Source of the DNA: a virus
Length of the DNA: 64,000 nucleotides
Strand: one strand, 5' to 3'
Virus record (IMG/VR): IMGVR_UViG_3300037804_000222
Span: 26,772 to 90,771 of that record
The notes beneath the pieces are model-generated. The model saw only the letters and a list, made by a program, of their open reading frames with translations, made no database searches and was not told the DNA's origin. Positions 34,888 through 45,420 of this stretch are shown here, in pieces. Position 1 is the stretch's first letter. Each line of letters starts with the position of its first letter. The translations under genes and the position numbers were made by a program.

Positions 34888-36165
34888 ATGTTTAAAACAG
34901 ATAATTCCCTACATGTATTTGTAGGACCTCAAGAAACATCTTCTATTGCAGCAGCGTCTGCGGGGGATGTATTTATAGTGGATGAGACTAATGCTATTAT
35001 CTCTGATGGAGCTATTACAGCTGCGGCTCACCCATACTTAAAGATCGGACAAAAAGATGCTGACGGTAACGTTCGCTTCACTCCTTTATTTAAATTTGCA
35101 AATATTACTAGTAAAGTAGCTAGAGAGCACGATGAAGACAGATCTCAACAATCTTCTGTATTTGGTTCAGGCGGATCAACTGGTTCGATTGAAGCACTTA
35201 ATTCTAACCGTTACACAATACGTGTAAACTTTACAAATAATGTAGATATGTATTCTGAGCAGTCAGATCAACATTTCTTTGAATATGTTTCTGATTCTTC
35301 TGCAACTCAAATTGAAATTGCAGATTATTTTGCACAGACTATGTCTAAAAGTGCTAAGTTTTCAGGAAAAAGAACTGGTAAAAACCGTGCTTCTGTAAAA
35401 GTAGAACGATTTACTTCTGCAGCTGATTCAGCTATTTCAACTGATATTACAACTGCTACAGTTACTAATGGTAGTAAATACATTACTGGATTTACTTTTG
35501 GTTCTGGTACTGATGTATCTGGAATGGTAGCAGGTAACTATCTACGTATTGTAGAAGAAGGAACTGTTACAGATACTCCAGTTGCAACAACTGATGCAAT
35601 TTATAAAATCGTTTCTGTAGATAATACTAATGATATTATTGAGTTAGATCAGCCTTTCCAAGGTACAGGAGCTGCTTTACAAGATGTAGCAATTAACCAA
35701 ATTACAGCTGCTGTTATGGCAACTGCAGATGTTGGTATCCGTATTATGGGATTAGAACAAGAATGGAAATTAGGTTTACTTCCTGATGCAGGAAATCTAA
35801 TTACTTTTGAAGTTACTTTAGATGGTTGGGGCGCTACTACTGCTGTTGCAAATACTGCTGCAGTTTTAGGAGATGGTACTGCTAGAGCAGTTGCTGACTT
35901 AGAGTGGTTTGCTCAAGGTGCTGCAGGTGCTTATTATCATAAAGGTGCAATTCCTAGTAATGCAGACAATATTACCTTGTATGCTGATGGAACATTAACT
36001 ACATCTTATAATACACTTGAGTTACAAGTAGACTTAGAAGATCCTGGACATGCAGTTGCTACAGGTGGTAAAGGTAAAATGACTATTGTTATGGCTGCTC
36101 TTGAAGGAGCTTCTCAAGCATTAGTTACTACTGCTCTTGCTACTACAGGAGACGCTTGGGATTAA
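34888..36165 (+). CDS. auxiliary capsid/structural protein
   Basis: GDGTARAVADLEWFAQG motif; last gene of the capsid operon before a terminator. Confidence 0.65.
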   Translation: MFKTDNSLHVFVGPQETSSIAAASAGDVFIVDETNAIISDGAITAAAHPYLKIGQKDADGNVRFTPLFKFANITSKVAREHDEDRSQQSSVFGSGGSTGSIEALNSNRYTIRVNFTNNVDMYSEQSDQHFFEYVSDSSATQIEIADYFAQTMSKSAKFSGKRTGKNRASVKVERFTSAADSAISTDITTATVTNGSKYITGFTFGSGTDVSGMVAGNYLRIVEEGTVTDTPVATTDAIYKIVSVDNTNDIIELDQPFQGTGAALQDVAINQITAAVMATADVGIRIMGLEQEWKLGLLPDAGNLITFEVTLDGWGATTAVANTAAVLGDGTARAVADLEWFAQGAAGAYYHKGAIPSNADNITLYADGTLTTSYNTLELQVDLEDPGHAVATGGKGKMTIVMAALEGASQALVTTALATTGDAWD

Positions 36166-36190
36166 TATTCCGAATAATTTTTATATAATC

Positions 36191-36224
36191 AAAGGGCAGG
36201 CAGCTTATCTGTCTGCCCTTTTTT
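36191..36224 (+). terminator. intrinsic terminator
   Basis: AAAGGGCAGGCAG-CTTAT-CTGTCTGCCCTTT followed by T-run. Confidence 0.85.
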
Positions 36225-36235
36225 AATACCTACCT

Positions 36236-36823
36236 ATGCCATTAGATATAAAACTTAATGTACGAACAACTGATGATTGTAAGAATTTAGTTATAGAAGA
36301 TATAACTGGATATTATGACATTTTAAATAACCCTGGAGGGTGGGGACAAATCAATCAGAGTCCTAGTATACCAAATGAAAGTATTAATGTTTTTATAACA
36401 GTATATCACCATATAGCTGGAGTACAGTATACTACAACTATTCAGGTGCCAGAAAGTTTATATTATACAGCATTTCCTTTTGAAAGTAGTATAGAAGGAT
36501 TTAAAATGTCTATTCCTTCTGATATAATATCTACATATATTGCAAATCAGATAACTTTAGAGCCTGGTGTTGAATTACCTGAAGAATATAATATAACTCA
36601 AGAAACTGTAGAAGATAATATATATCAAGTAGTAGTTAGACTTTCCCATGAAAATATGGAGATTATATCTACCCCTTCTATATACTCCTCTACATGTAAC
36701 ATGAGAAAAGATGTTGACGCTTTGTTATCATCTATAGATTTATCTTGTAAGGATTGTGATCAAACTGATTTTGATAAAGCCTTATTAGCAAAAAGTATAC
36801 TTGAAGGATTAGAAAATGCTTAA
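36236..36823 (+). CDS. hypothetical structural protein
   Basis: DITGYY..NNPGGWG; C-terminal CKDC. Confidence 0.7.
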   Translation: MPLDIKLNVRTTDDCKNLVIEDITGYYDILNNPGGWGQINQSPSIPNESINVFITVYHHIAGVQYTTTIQVPESLYYTAFPFESSIEGFKMSIPSDIISTYIANQITLEPGVELPEEYNITQETVEDNIYQVVVRLSHENMEIISTPSIYSSTCNMRKDVDALLSSIDLSCKDCDQTDFDKALLAKSILEGLENA

Positions 36824-36832
36824 TTTAAAATA

Positions 36833-38278
36833 ATGGCTACACCAAAAAAGGCAAAAAAGGCATATAATACTACACATTTAATAGGTGCATCAGGTCAGAG
36901 TTGTGGATTTGAATGGAGTTTAAAAAAACACGTTCAAGATTCTGATATTAATTTCGGAGGATATACTACCGCTATAAAGCAAATTCTTCAAAGCTCTAAA
37001 TTTGAAAGAACTAATAAAGTGTTCCCTATTGTATTTCACGTAATTCGTGATGATGCAAATCTTCTACATCCTTCGGGAGGTGTTAATAGGGATTTTAATG
37101 TAGAATATTTATTAGCCTGGGTAAATTTTTGGTTTGGGGGTACTTCTATATCATTTAAAGGCGCAGAAAAAGATCCTCAAGGAAATATTATGACTACTCC
37201 AGGATTAAATATAATAGAGGGAAGTGATGTATCTCAACAGAGGGGGAAGAATTTTTATACGTACAATAAAGATTTTGTGGCTTTAGATGAGTTTGCAGAC
37301 TATTCGCAAAGAGAGGAAATTCCAGGAGTTCTTTTAGAATATATTCAAAATACATATTCATGGGATAATTATAAATATATAAATATATTTTTAATAAATA
37401 AAACAAATTCTGGAAATGCAAAGGTTATGATGACTGCTGTTCACCCATTAACAGCTGAATCAATAAATCCTACTCTTCTATCGGCAGCAGTAGATTTATG
37501 GGCAATAGGAAGAAAGCATGATAATATTTCTTCTCAAGTATCGAGTGATCCTGGGTTAGTGGGTGAAGAGGTAACATTAACCAATTTCGGATATAGATAT
37601 AATCCTAGTAGTAATTCGGCAATTCAGATTGAAAAAGATGAAGGAGGACTAAATCTTGGGTTTAGAGCTAGGGCTAGAACTATAGTGCATTCTTTAGGAC
37701 ATATATTGGGATTATTTCATATACGCCAAGCTTTAGGGTTTCGTCCTGGAGATATAGATGCTTGTGAAAGCCACGGTACTCCCTCAATATTTTATAATAC
37801 TTCAGAGCTTCGGGGAGGAACTATTTACACTGATCCTCATACAGATACTGAGAATATTCCTACTGTATACCAAATGTTGAATTTTAAGGACTCTCTTAAT
37901 ATTAATCCATGTACTGATAATACTATTTTTACAGATGCCGCAACCCATATGCATATAAACCAATTTACTGGTCCTTCGGGAACGGAACGTGGAGGGCCTG
38001 GAGTTATGTTCAGTTCTGAACAAATTGATTGGATGCATGCTAATTGTGAATATGTAATTGAGAGAGATACCCCAGGAAATTTTGATTTTGGAATACTAGG
38101 ACAAATACTATTAAATACTTCAGAAGTTTTTCTACCTGTAGATACGTCTGTGGATCCTTGTGAAGGTTTTGTTACACCTACAGTACCAAATATTGATACT
38201 TTAGATCAAGTTATAGTTGATGAATTTCAATTTTATAAAGAGTTAATTAATAATAGTATAATTAAAAAGACAGATTAA
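36833..38278 (+). CDS. pappalysin/ulilysin (M43)-like metzincin domain with catalytic Glu replaced
   Basis: PIVFHVI, SWDNYKYINIF, RTIVHSLGHILGLFH, DPHTDT, MFSSEQIDWMH. Confidence 0.7.
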   Translation: MATPKKAKKAYNTTHLIGASGQSCGFEWSLKKHVQDSDINFGGYTTAIKQILQSSKFERTNKVFPIVFHVIRDDANLLHPSGGVNRDFNVEYLLAWVNFWFGGTSISFKGAEKDPQGNIMTTPGLNIIEGSDVSQQRGKNFYTYNKDFVALDEFADYSQREEIPGVLLEYIQNTYSWDNYKYINIFLINKTNSGNAKVMMTAVHPLTAESINPTLLSAAVDLWAIGRKHDNISSQVSSDPGLVGEEVTLTNFGYRYNPSSNSAIQIEKDEGGLNLGFRARARTIVHSLGHILGLFHIRQALGFRPGDIDACESHGTPSIFYNTSELRGGTIYTDPHTDTENIPTVYQMLNFKDSLNINPCTDNTIFTDAATHMHINQFTGPSGTERGGPGVMFSSEQIDWMHANCEYVIERDTPGNFDFGILGQILLNTSEVFLPVDTSVDPCEGFVTPTVPNIDTLDQVIVDEFQFYKELINNSIIKKTD

Positions 38279-38280
38279 TA

Positions 38281-41200
38281 ATGGCTAAAAAAATATCTTC
38301 TGTAAATCCTGAAATACCTTCTAATTCTTGTCCTTTCGAGACTAATTTTGAATTAGCAGGTGAGCCAACATTAAGGGTAGATGAACTAATGGGGGGAGAA
38401 GAAGGAAATGCTTTGTCTGATGCACTTACTGAAGATATGGCGAGAGGCTTAATATCTACTCATATTCCCCAATCAAAAGCGGCTACTCCTACCTCTACTC
38501 CAGTAAGCCCTCAAAACTTAGTTTATATTCCAATACTTTTTAAGATTTGTTATAATACTAAACAAGACGGAGAGGCATTTCCATCTCGAGAGACTATTAA
38601 TATAATACACTCTAATGTACAAGCAATAGTAGCTAGAGCAAATAATATACTATCAGGAACAATTAATAATTCTGGGGATGCAGCACAAGCCGATGGTAAT
38701 TGGGATACCCCGCTAAGTCTCCACGGAGTTGCATCTAACTTTAGATTTTTTCTACCTTGGAAGATGCCTAAAGAATATTTATATCCCTTTTTAAAAAATC
38801 CTGCTGTACAGCATATGACAGGAGCAGATTTATCTTCTCCACAAGCCTATCAAAATAATTTTGATTATGGTCTTTATAATATTCCAGATCCTAATAATAT
38901 AGGCTATACTAGCTCGTATACTTATGATGATATAAAGAATAAAAGACTTGCAGTTATAGCACAACACAATAATATAATAGGGGCTCCTGGGCAATATATA
39001 CCGCAGCTGGTATCTGAGCTTGAAACTGAAAAAGCAGTTTTAGAAAATATGGAAAATGATTATTTCTTTTTCCTTGCAGAAACTCCTGGGATATTATTTT
39101 TTAAAGTTTTTGAAGACTTAGAAGGGTTTTCAGTTAGTCAGGGTTCGGACCCCGCATATCAAAGATTAGCTATTTTAGGGAATGAGCATGGAGAATTACC
39201 TCCTTACAATTCGATATGGGGAACCCATGTATTTTGTAGTTTTAATTCTTGGAGGGTATTACATAGAAGTGTTTTAAGTAATCTCCCTGTTGTACCTGTA
39301 ATATCAAGTACTAAAGCGTCGAATAGTTCTATGCTTGGAGACGCTATACTAGGAGACGTAGTTAGACCTGGACTTATAAATGGTATGCGCTTTGGTAGTA
39401 TGTTCGAACAATCACAATCAGATGAAAGTTTAGATAAATTTTATTATAGTGTATTTCTACATGAATTTTTCCATACGCTTGGTTATGGGCATTGTAGAGA
39501 TGGCTTTAATATTTCAGGAGAAATTAATGGAGACGCGCTAGAAGGAATAGTACGAGCAAAATTGCGCAAGACAACTCTTCCAAATTCTTTTGGTAGAGGA
39601 CAAAGAATAAAATCTCCTTTAGATCCAAATAATTATTACGCAGGATTCGAACCTCCTTTTAAATATTACAATCCTGAAGATGCCGCTCATGATTTAAATA
39701 ATTTTAATACTCTACCTGATTTTGAAACTATAGATCCAGACGAAAAGAAATTTGTAGAAACTTCTATAAATTCAATATTTGAATGGACTAGTCTTTATTG
39801 GACATTGTATAAAGGAAATAATCCTGGGCACAAACTTTTTCTGCATCCTCCCCAAGGAGCAACCCAAAAGGCTAAAGAGCAATATGGAAAAATATTTGGA
39901 TTTATATCTCATCTTCCTACATTTTGGGGAGGCAGTTATACTATAAATGATGGGGGCAGTAAATCAATGCTTATAAATCCTACTACAATAGAATTTAATC
40001 ATACTATAGGAGATATTGTTGAGGAAGGATATTTATTTAGAATTAATGAGGATGGAACTGGGCTAATTAATAGTACAAGTGTAGGAATAGATGAAAGTAT
40101 GAGCTGGAGTACAGCTATGGAGGATTATTCATACTCGGGGTATTCTGAAGGAAATAATGAATGGTATTTACCTACATCAAGTGAACTTTTAGAAATGTAC
40201 AATACGATTGGGCCAGGTTCTCCGCAAGGTAATATAGGAGATTTTGATATAGATGAATATTGGTCTGGTACAGGATTTGGCAGTTCTTCATATACTGTTG
40301 ACTTCAGTGATGGCCATCAATATGTCCGTGCTCACGCATCACTAAAGAAAATTCGTGTTATTAAACAAATAGTGATTCCAGGAGAAGAAGTTAGAAAAGG
40401 ACCAGATATAACAGTATATAATCCTGTATGCGATAAAGATGATTCTACGAAATTTAATTTTTCGCTCCCATTTACTTTAGATTGGTATAACGATGAGTAC
40501 CCTCCTTTTCCATCTAATACTAGAGTGGAAGATATGTTTAGTCCAGACTTATGCCCTTGTTTATATTCTCCTCAAACTTTTAGCAATAATGCTGGAGAGG
40601 AAAAAACTGTTACTTTATTTTCACCATTAATAGATGATATTACGGGAGCTGAAATAACTACTACAACAGGACAAATAATAGATAGTGAAGATATTAGAGA
40701 GATTAATGATATATATTATTTAAACACAGAGTATCTTGCTGGTGATGAAAATACGAATAATATTATTCTTAATTATTTATTTGGAGAACAAGGGAATGAA
40801 ACAGTTAGTATATATGATTATTTTGGGAGACATAAAATAGGTTCGGACGGAAATCCTGACATTATTTCAAGAGCATGGCTAAAAACTGTGGGAGGAGTAG
40901 TTCTTCCTAATTTCCCAGTTTATATAGGATTTATGCCTGAAAGCCCATTGCCCGCTGCTTTTAAATTTGATCCTGAAAAAATAGCAACCGATAAAACTTT
41001 AGATATTGGAAAATTTTCTACAGTAAACGATATAAATGATCCTACTGTGTATAATAGTTGGTGGGTTAATTTTGATAGTCTAGTTAATAAATATCTTAGA
41101 GTTGGTAACTCTAATCCAAATAGCGATAATTATAATCCTTTTAAATTAGATTTTAATACAACAGGTGTAGCAGATTATATTAAAGGAGTTCCAAAAGCAA

Positions 41201-42318
41201 GTGGGGGATATTGGACGACGGAAGAGTTCGAAGATTTTAGTTCTGCAGATGCTTTTAATAGATACTACAATAGTTCTAATGCTTTAACATTTGAACCTTT
41301 CTTTAATAGAAAGATTCCCAACTCTACTAATCCTGCCTTAGACTTAATAGGGGATACATTATTTGGACCTTTTGATCAAAATACTGTGGGGAATATAATG
41401 TATTATAATTCCAATAGAGTAGAGCCAGTCTTACCATCTAAATCTATGCTACAGAGATTAAATTATTTAACAAATGATGCTGATGTAGGGGCTCTGCAAA
41501 TGATAAAGACTTTTGCTTCAGATCTATACGATGTTGAAAATGTATACTCGGGACTTTTACCAGATAAAAATCAACAATTTAGTAATTCATTGCAATCATA
41601 TATTACCACTGCTATGGATTATGTATATTCTCAAAGGGTTGCACCAGAAGATGTAACTTACGGGTGTACAAATCCAGATGCATGGAATTATAATGAATTT
41701 GCAACTATTAATGATAACTCTTGTATTGATAGAGTATTTGGGTGTACAGATCCTGCTGGAATCGGATATAATCTTTTAGCTAATACAGATGATGGTTCTT
41801 GTGAGTATTATAGTTTAATTCCAACAGAGGTAGAGTTAATTACTATATGCCCCTCGGAACTTAGCGAAGCATGTAATACATACGAAGGAGAATATATACC
41901 TGTAGATATATATGATGCAATTTCACAAAGCCATACCCTTCTAAATATAGCTCCCTCATCGGACGAAAATATTATTAGATCTATGATTACTGATCTTAGC
42001 CATCATTTTTGGAGTAAACCAGAAAAAGTTGCGATATTTAATAAATACAGATATTCAGGAGGAGATTGTACTAATCCATTAGGAAGTACCTCAGAAGGTA
42101 GTTTAAATTTGGGAGGAGGATGTATTAATATTCCAGACCCTAGTATATGTGTATTCCCTACAATTCATAATTATCAATGTGATTTATTAGGAAATCTAAC
42201 AGCTGCTGAATCTGGATTTAGCTTTGAGGGGTCTTCAGGGGTTATGCCTTTTGCAGAATTTGTAACGTATTTTGATGGATTATCTTCAGGAGATAATACT
42301 ATAGGAACTTGTAATTAA
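38281..42318 (+). CDS. large protein: Zn metalloprotease motif, DUF1566/Lcl-like insert, GCTDP repeats
   Basis: LHEFFHTLGYGH; WYLPTSSELLEMY..YWS; GNIMYY Met-turn-like; YGCTNPDAWNYN. Confidence 0.75.
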   Translation: MAKKISSVNPEIPSNSCPFETNFELAGEPTLRVDELMGGEEGNALSDALTEDMARGLISTHIPQSKAATPTSTPVSPQNLVYIPILFKICYNTKQDGEAFPSRETINIIHSNVQAIVARANNILSGTINNSGDAAQADGNWDTPLSLHGVASNFRFFLPWKMPKEYLYPFLKNPAVQHMTGADLSSPQAYQNNFDYGLYNIPDPNNIGYTSSYTYDDIKNKRLAVIAQHNNIIGAPGQYIPQLVSELETEKAVLENMENDYFFFLAETPGILFFKVFEDLEGFSVSQGSDPAYQRLAILGNEHGELPPYNSIWGTHVFCSFNSWRVLHRSVLSNLPVVPVISSTKASNSSMLGDAILGDVVRPGLINGMRFGSMFEQSQSDESLDKFYYSVFLHEFFHTLGYGHCRDGFNISGEINGDALEGIVRAKLRKTTLPNSFGRGQRIKSPLDPNNYYAGFEPPFKYYNPEDAAHDLNNFNTLPDFETIDPDEKKFVETSINSIFEWTSLYWTLYKGNNPGHKLFLHPPQGATQKAKEQYGKIFGFISHLPTFWGGSYTINDGGSKSMLINPTTIEFNHTIGDIVEEGYLFRINEDGTGLINSTSVGIDESMSWSTAMEDYSYSGYSEGNNEWYLPTSSELLEMYNTIGPGSPQGNIGDFDIDEYWSGTGFGSSSYTVDFSDGHQYVRAHASLKKIRVIKQIVIPGEEVRKGPDITVYNPVCDKDDSTKFNFSLPFTLDWYNDEYPPFPSNTRVEDMFSPDLCPCLYSPQTFSNNAGEEKTVTLFSPLIDDITGAEITTTTGQIIDSEDIREINDIYYLNTEYLAGDENTNNIILNYLFGEQGNETVSIYDYFGRHKIGSDGNPDIISRAWLKTVGGVVLPNFPVYIGFMPESPLPAAFKFDPEKIATDKTLDIGKFSTVNDINDPTVYNSWWVNFDSLVNKYLRVGNSNPNSDNYNPFKLDFNTTGVADYIKGVPKASGGYWTTEEFEDFSSADAFNRYYNSSNALTFEPFFNRKIPNSTNPALDLIGDTLFGPFDQNTVGNIMYYNSNRVEPVLPSKSMLQRLNYLTNDADVGALQMIKTFASDLYDVENVYSGLLPDKNQQFSNSLQSYITTAMDYVYSQRVAPEDVTYGCTNPDAWNYNEFATINDNSCIDRVFGCTDPAGIGYNLLANTDDGSCEYYSLIPTEVELITICPSELSEACNTYEGEYIPVDIYDAISQSHTLLNIAPSSDENIIRSMITDLSHHFWSKPEKVAIFNKYRYSGGDCTNPLGSTSEGSLNLGGGCINIPDPSICVFPTIHNYQCDLLGNLTAAESGFSFEGSSGVMPFAEFVTYFDGLSSGDNTIGTCN

Positions 42319-42326
42319 ATATAAAA

Positions 42327-42599
42327 ATGACAACTATTATATTAACAGGAAATATAAATATACCAAATTACTTCTTTACATCAGAAGGAAATTCGTATAT
42401 AGGTACGTATACTGTGTCTTCAGATCCCTTTATTTTAACAGGGATTGACGCAAATTCTTTGCAGCAGATACTCTATTTTAGAAATTATTTACTTCAATCG
42501 GGGGACGTACAATTAACAGAATTGGAACTTTTAAGCAAAAAATTTCAAAATACCAAAGATAAGATGGAAAAAATTGTTAAATTTACAAATTCTAAATAG
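42327..42599 (+). CDS. hypothetical protein
   Basis: 90-aa ORF. Confidence 0.6.
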   Translation: MTTIILTGNINIPNYFFTSEGNSYIGTYTVSSDPFILTGIDANSLQQILYFRNYLLQSGDVQLTELELLSKKFQNTKDKMEKIVKFTNSK

Positions 42600-42603
42600 A
42601 CTA

Positions 42604-43104
42604 ATGGCAAATACATATAAAAATATTTCTACTAAGTACTTACAAGTAAAAGAAGCTTTCTCTTCTTATACTAATAAATTTATAGCTAATAGTGGCTCTG
42701 GTATAATTTCTAATAAGAAAATACGTAAGATCAATATTATAGCTATGTGGATAGATTATATTCAAAAGTGTTTGAATTCTAAGTCTTCTGATAAATATGA
42801 TAAAGTAAGTCAACTACTTGATTTAATAGCTATAGAGTTTGGGACAATATATAAAACAGAAGAAAAAGTTCAATTAGAAAATAGATTAGCTTCAGGGGTT
42901 CAAGCCTCAAATGCTTCCGAGTCTACAGTATTAACAGATGAACAATCTCCAATAATAACTGAAGGAGGAGATCCTATAGAATTTGAAGAAGTTAGTACTA
43001 CTACTCCTTCTATAGGTCCCTCACAATTTCAGGAGGAGATCTCTCAGCTTATTACTGATCCTAGACAAGTAAGAAAGGATCCTAGACAAGGAAGAAAATA
43101 TTAA
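42604..43104 (+). CDS. hypothetical structural protein
   Basis: ATG 42604; IITEGGDPI motif; 21-bp tandem repeat at 3' end. Confidence 0.65.
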   Translation: MANTYKNISTKYLQVKEAFSSYTNKFIANSGSGIISNKKIRKINIIAMWIDYIQKCLNSKSSDKYDKVSQLLDLIAIEFGTIYKTEEKVQLENRLASGVQASNASESTVLTDEQSPIITEGGDPIEFEEVSTTTPSIGPSQFQEEISQLITDPRQVRKDPRQGRKY

Positions 43105-43122
43105 AATATAAAATTATAAAAA

Positions 43123-44655
43123 ATGAAAATATCTAAATTACCCAAAACTTCTGCAAGCGCTAAAACAGATCTTCTCACTATTGTTCAAGGAGGGGTTACT
43201 AAGTCTATTTCTAAAAAAGATTTATTAGGATCTTTAGAATCGCAACTAGCTTCAGCTGCTGCAGAAATTAAAAGTTTAAAAACACAATTAGGAAAACGAA
43301 GTATTAGTAAAGATACTCCTTTTTTTAATAAACCTGTATCGGCCTCAGATCCTACAGCTTCTTCACATTTAACAACTAAAAGTTATGTAGATGGAGAATT
43401 GTTTAATGTAGTTAAAAATGATGGTACAGCAAAGCTATTTAATAATTTATCGTACCATACTCATCCCGACGCATTTGCAGACACAGATGTTGTAGATAAA
43501 AAGTTTGTAGATACTGAACTTAAAAATACTTTAAAGACTATTAAGAAAGATAAAGGCGACTCTGGTTACCCTGCTGCATCTGCAGGAGAGTGTTTTATAC
43601 TTGAAACTAGTGTAGATATATTTGCTACCAATGGTCCTGAAGTGCAAGAAGGAGATTTATTAATATGTATAGAAGATTCTGAGGGAGGGGCTCACGGAGC
43701 TGTAGGCCACCAATTTGCTATTGTTAATACTAATGTAGTATTTTCAACAGAGGATTCTGCAGGAATTCTTAAAGTTGCCAAGGAAGAAGATTTAGTAGAT
43801 TTAGATGCTGGAGACTCTGCACTAACTCCTGAAAAATATAAAAGAGCTCTTGAATTAGGAAGTGAATATAATAGAACTATAGTAGTTACTAGTACTCACA
43901 CATTACTAGAAGAAGAGAGAGGTATTATAGGGGTAGATTGCCGACGTAATGCAGTAACATTAACTTTACCTTCTATTGGAAGATTAAATAATTCTAAGAT
44001 TGCTAAATTTCTTATAAAAGATGAGTATAGAAATTCATTAAAAAATAATATAATACTAGTAACTTCTGGTGGGGACACTATACAAGGCTCTAGAACTTAT
44101 TTAATAAATTCTAATGGAGCTTCTGTTAAATTATATAACGATGGCGCAGATAAATGGTATTTAGAGAGTAATGTATCCTCTAGCACTGAGACAGGTTCGG
44201 GAGTTAAAAGTTTTATAACTGATGATATTACAAACGGGGAAAGAGTTACTACTACAGGGGCATATGAATCCGTTATGAGTATAGATGTAGATTTAAGAGA
44301 GTACCCAATTGGTACAGGATTTAAAGTTGTATCTCATTGTTTTGCTGCAGATAATAGTAATACAAAAACAGTGGCTATTGGTATAGATGGGACTCAAACA
44401 TTGGCATCCTCTTTAACAGGTACAACCGCTCCTGCCCTTAAATTTATTCATCATGAAGCTACTGTTTTACATTCCGATACTGCTAAGTATTTTATATTTG
44501 GTACTATTCATACAGGAGCAGATGATACTGCAGCAGGACTAACAAATAATATAGATTTAGATTGGAATTCTACTATAAAAGTTAGTGTAGATGTAAATGT
44601 AGGCACTGCAACAGATATTAATGTATATGCTTTACAAGTAATTCCTTATAAATAA
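43123..44655 (+). CDS. tail/fibre-associated protein
   Basis: MKISKLP..DLLTIVQGG, HLTTKSYVD, EGDLLIC, TLTLP..IKDE..GGDTI..DGADKW. Confidence 0.7.
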   Translation: MKISKLPKTSASAKTDLLTIVQGGVTKSISKKDLLGSLESQLASAAAEIKSLKTQLGKRSISKDTPFFNKPVSASDPTASSHLTTKSYVDGELFNVVKNDGTAKLFNNLSYHTHPDAFADTDVVDKKFVDTELKNTLKTIKKDKGDSGYPAASAGECFILETSVDIFATNGPEVQEGDLLICIEDSEGGAHGAVGHQFAIVNTNVVFSTEDSAGILKVAKEEDLVDLDAGDSALTPEKYKRALELGSEYNRTIVVTSTHTLLEEERGIIGVDCRRNAVTLTLPSIGRLNNSKIAKFLIKDEYRNSLKNNIILVTSGGDTIQGSRTYLINSNGASVKLYNDGADKWYLESNVSSSTETGSGVKSFITDDITNGERVTTTGAYESVMSIDVDLREYPIGTGFKVVSHCFAADNSNTKTVAIGIDGTQTLASSLTGTTAPALKFIHHEATVLHSDTAKYFIFGTIHTGADDTAAGLTNNIDLDWNSTIKVSVDVNVGTATDINVYALQVIPYK

Positions 44656-44661
44656 TAACAG

Positions 44662-45420
44662 ATGGCACAAAAAAATTATAATATTGCGGTATTAAATTCT
44701 TTAAATAAAGCAAGAGCTGGAAATAAAGAATCTTTTACTATTGGATATAGCATATCAGACGATTTGCTTAAAAAAGTATCTGATGGAGGTATTTTAAATT
44801 CTAGACTATCTTCAGTAGAATTCCCTTTAAATGTTTTGAGTGCTTTAAATTTTTGGAGAGATGTTTTTAATACTATCTACGCTTCAAATAAAAAAATATC
44901 AGGATCTTTTACTTTGAAGTTTGTAAATAATTCTGACTCTACTAATGATTTGAATATAGGAATAAAAGGATTTAAAGGTAAAGGTCATATACAAATAAAA
45001 GGTAATTCGATACAGCTAAATTTAAATACTAAATGGAAAGCTTTGCCTTATAGTTCGGGAACAGATATTTTTTCTTATGTTGTATATGGTGTGGGTAAAA
45101 TCCTGCAGTTAGGAGATTCTCAGACAATAGGAACCATACTGAATAAATCGCACCTACAAGTAAATTATATGCCTTACTACTCTTTAAATATAGGAGAAGA
45201 TGGGGTGGTATCAGATCCAATTTCTATTTTAGATAAAAGTACTATTAAAAGTATTAAAAGAACTTATGGGAGTATGACATATTCATATCCTATAGTTTAT
45301 GGGTGTACAGATCCTAATGCCGATAATTTTAATCCTAAAGCTACCAGATCAGAGAGGTCTTGTATATATAGTACAAAAACTTTTTCATCTCCATATATTA
45401 CTAAAAATATAAATAAATGA
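44662..45420 (+). CDS. degenerate matrixin (M10)-like fold plus GCTDP repeat
   Basis: ALNFWRDV..LKFV..DIFSYVVYGVGKILQLGDS..TIKSIKRTYG; YGCTDPNADNFN. Confidence 0.5.
   Translation: MAQKNYNIAVLNSLNKARAGNKESFTIGYSISDDLLKKVSDGGILNSRLSSVEFPLNVLSALNFWRDVFNTIYASNKKISGSFTLKFVNNSDSTNDLNIGIKGFKGKGHIQIKGNSIQLNLNTKWKALPYSSGTDIFSYVVYGVGKILQLGDSQTIGTILNKSHLQVNYMPYYSLNIGEDGVVSDPISILDKSTIKSIKRTYGSMTYSYPIVYGCTDPNADNFNPKATRSERSCIYSTKTFSSPYITKNINK

Noticed and set aside
39990-40380. DGR variable region in the DUF1566-like domain
   Set aside because: No reverse transcriptase or template-repeat copy in the window
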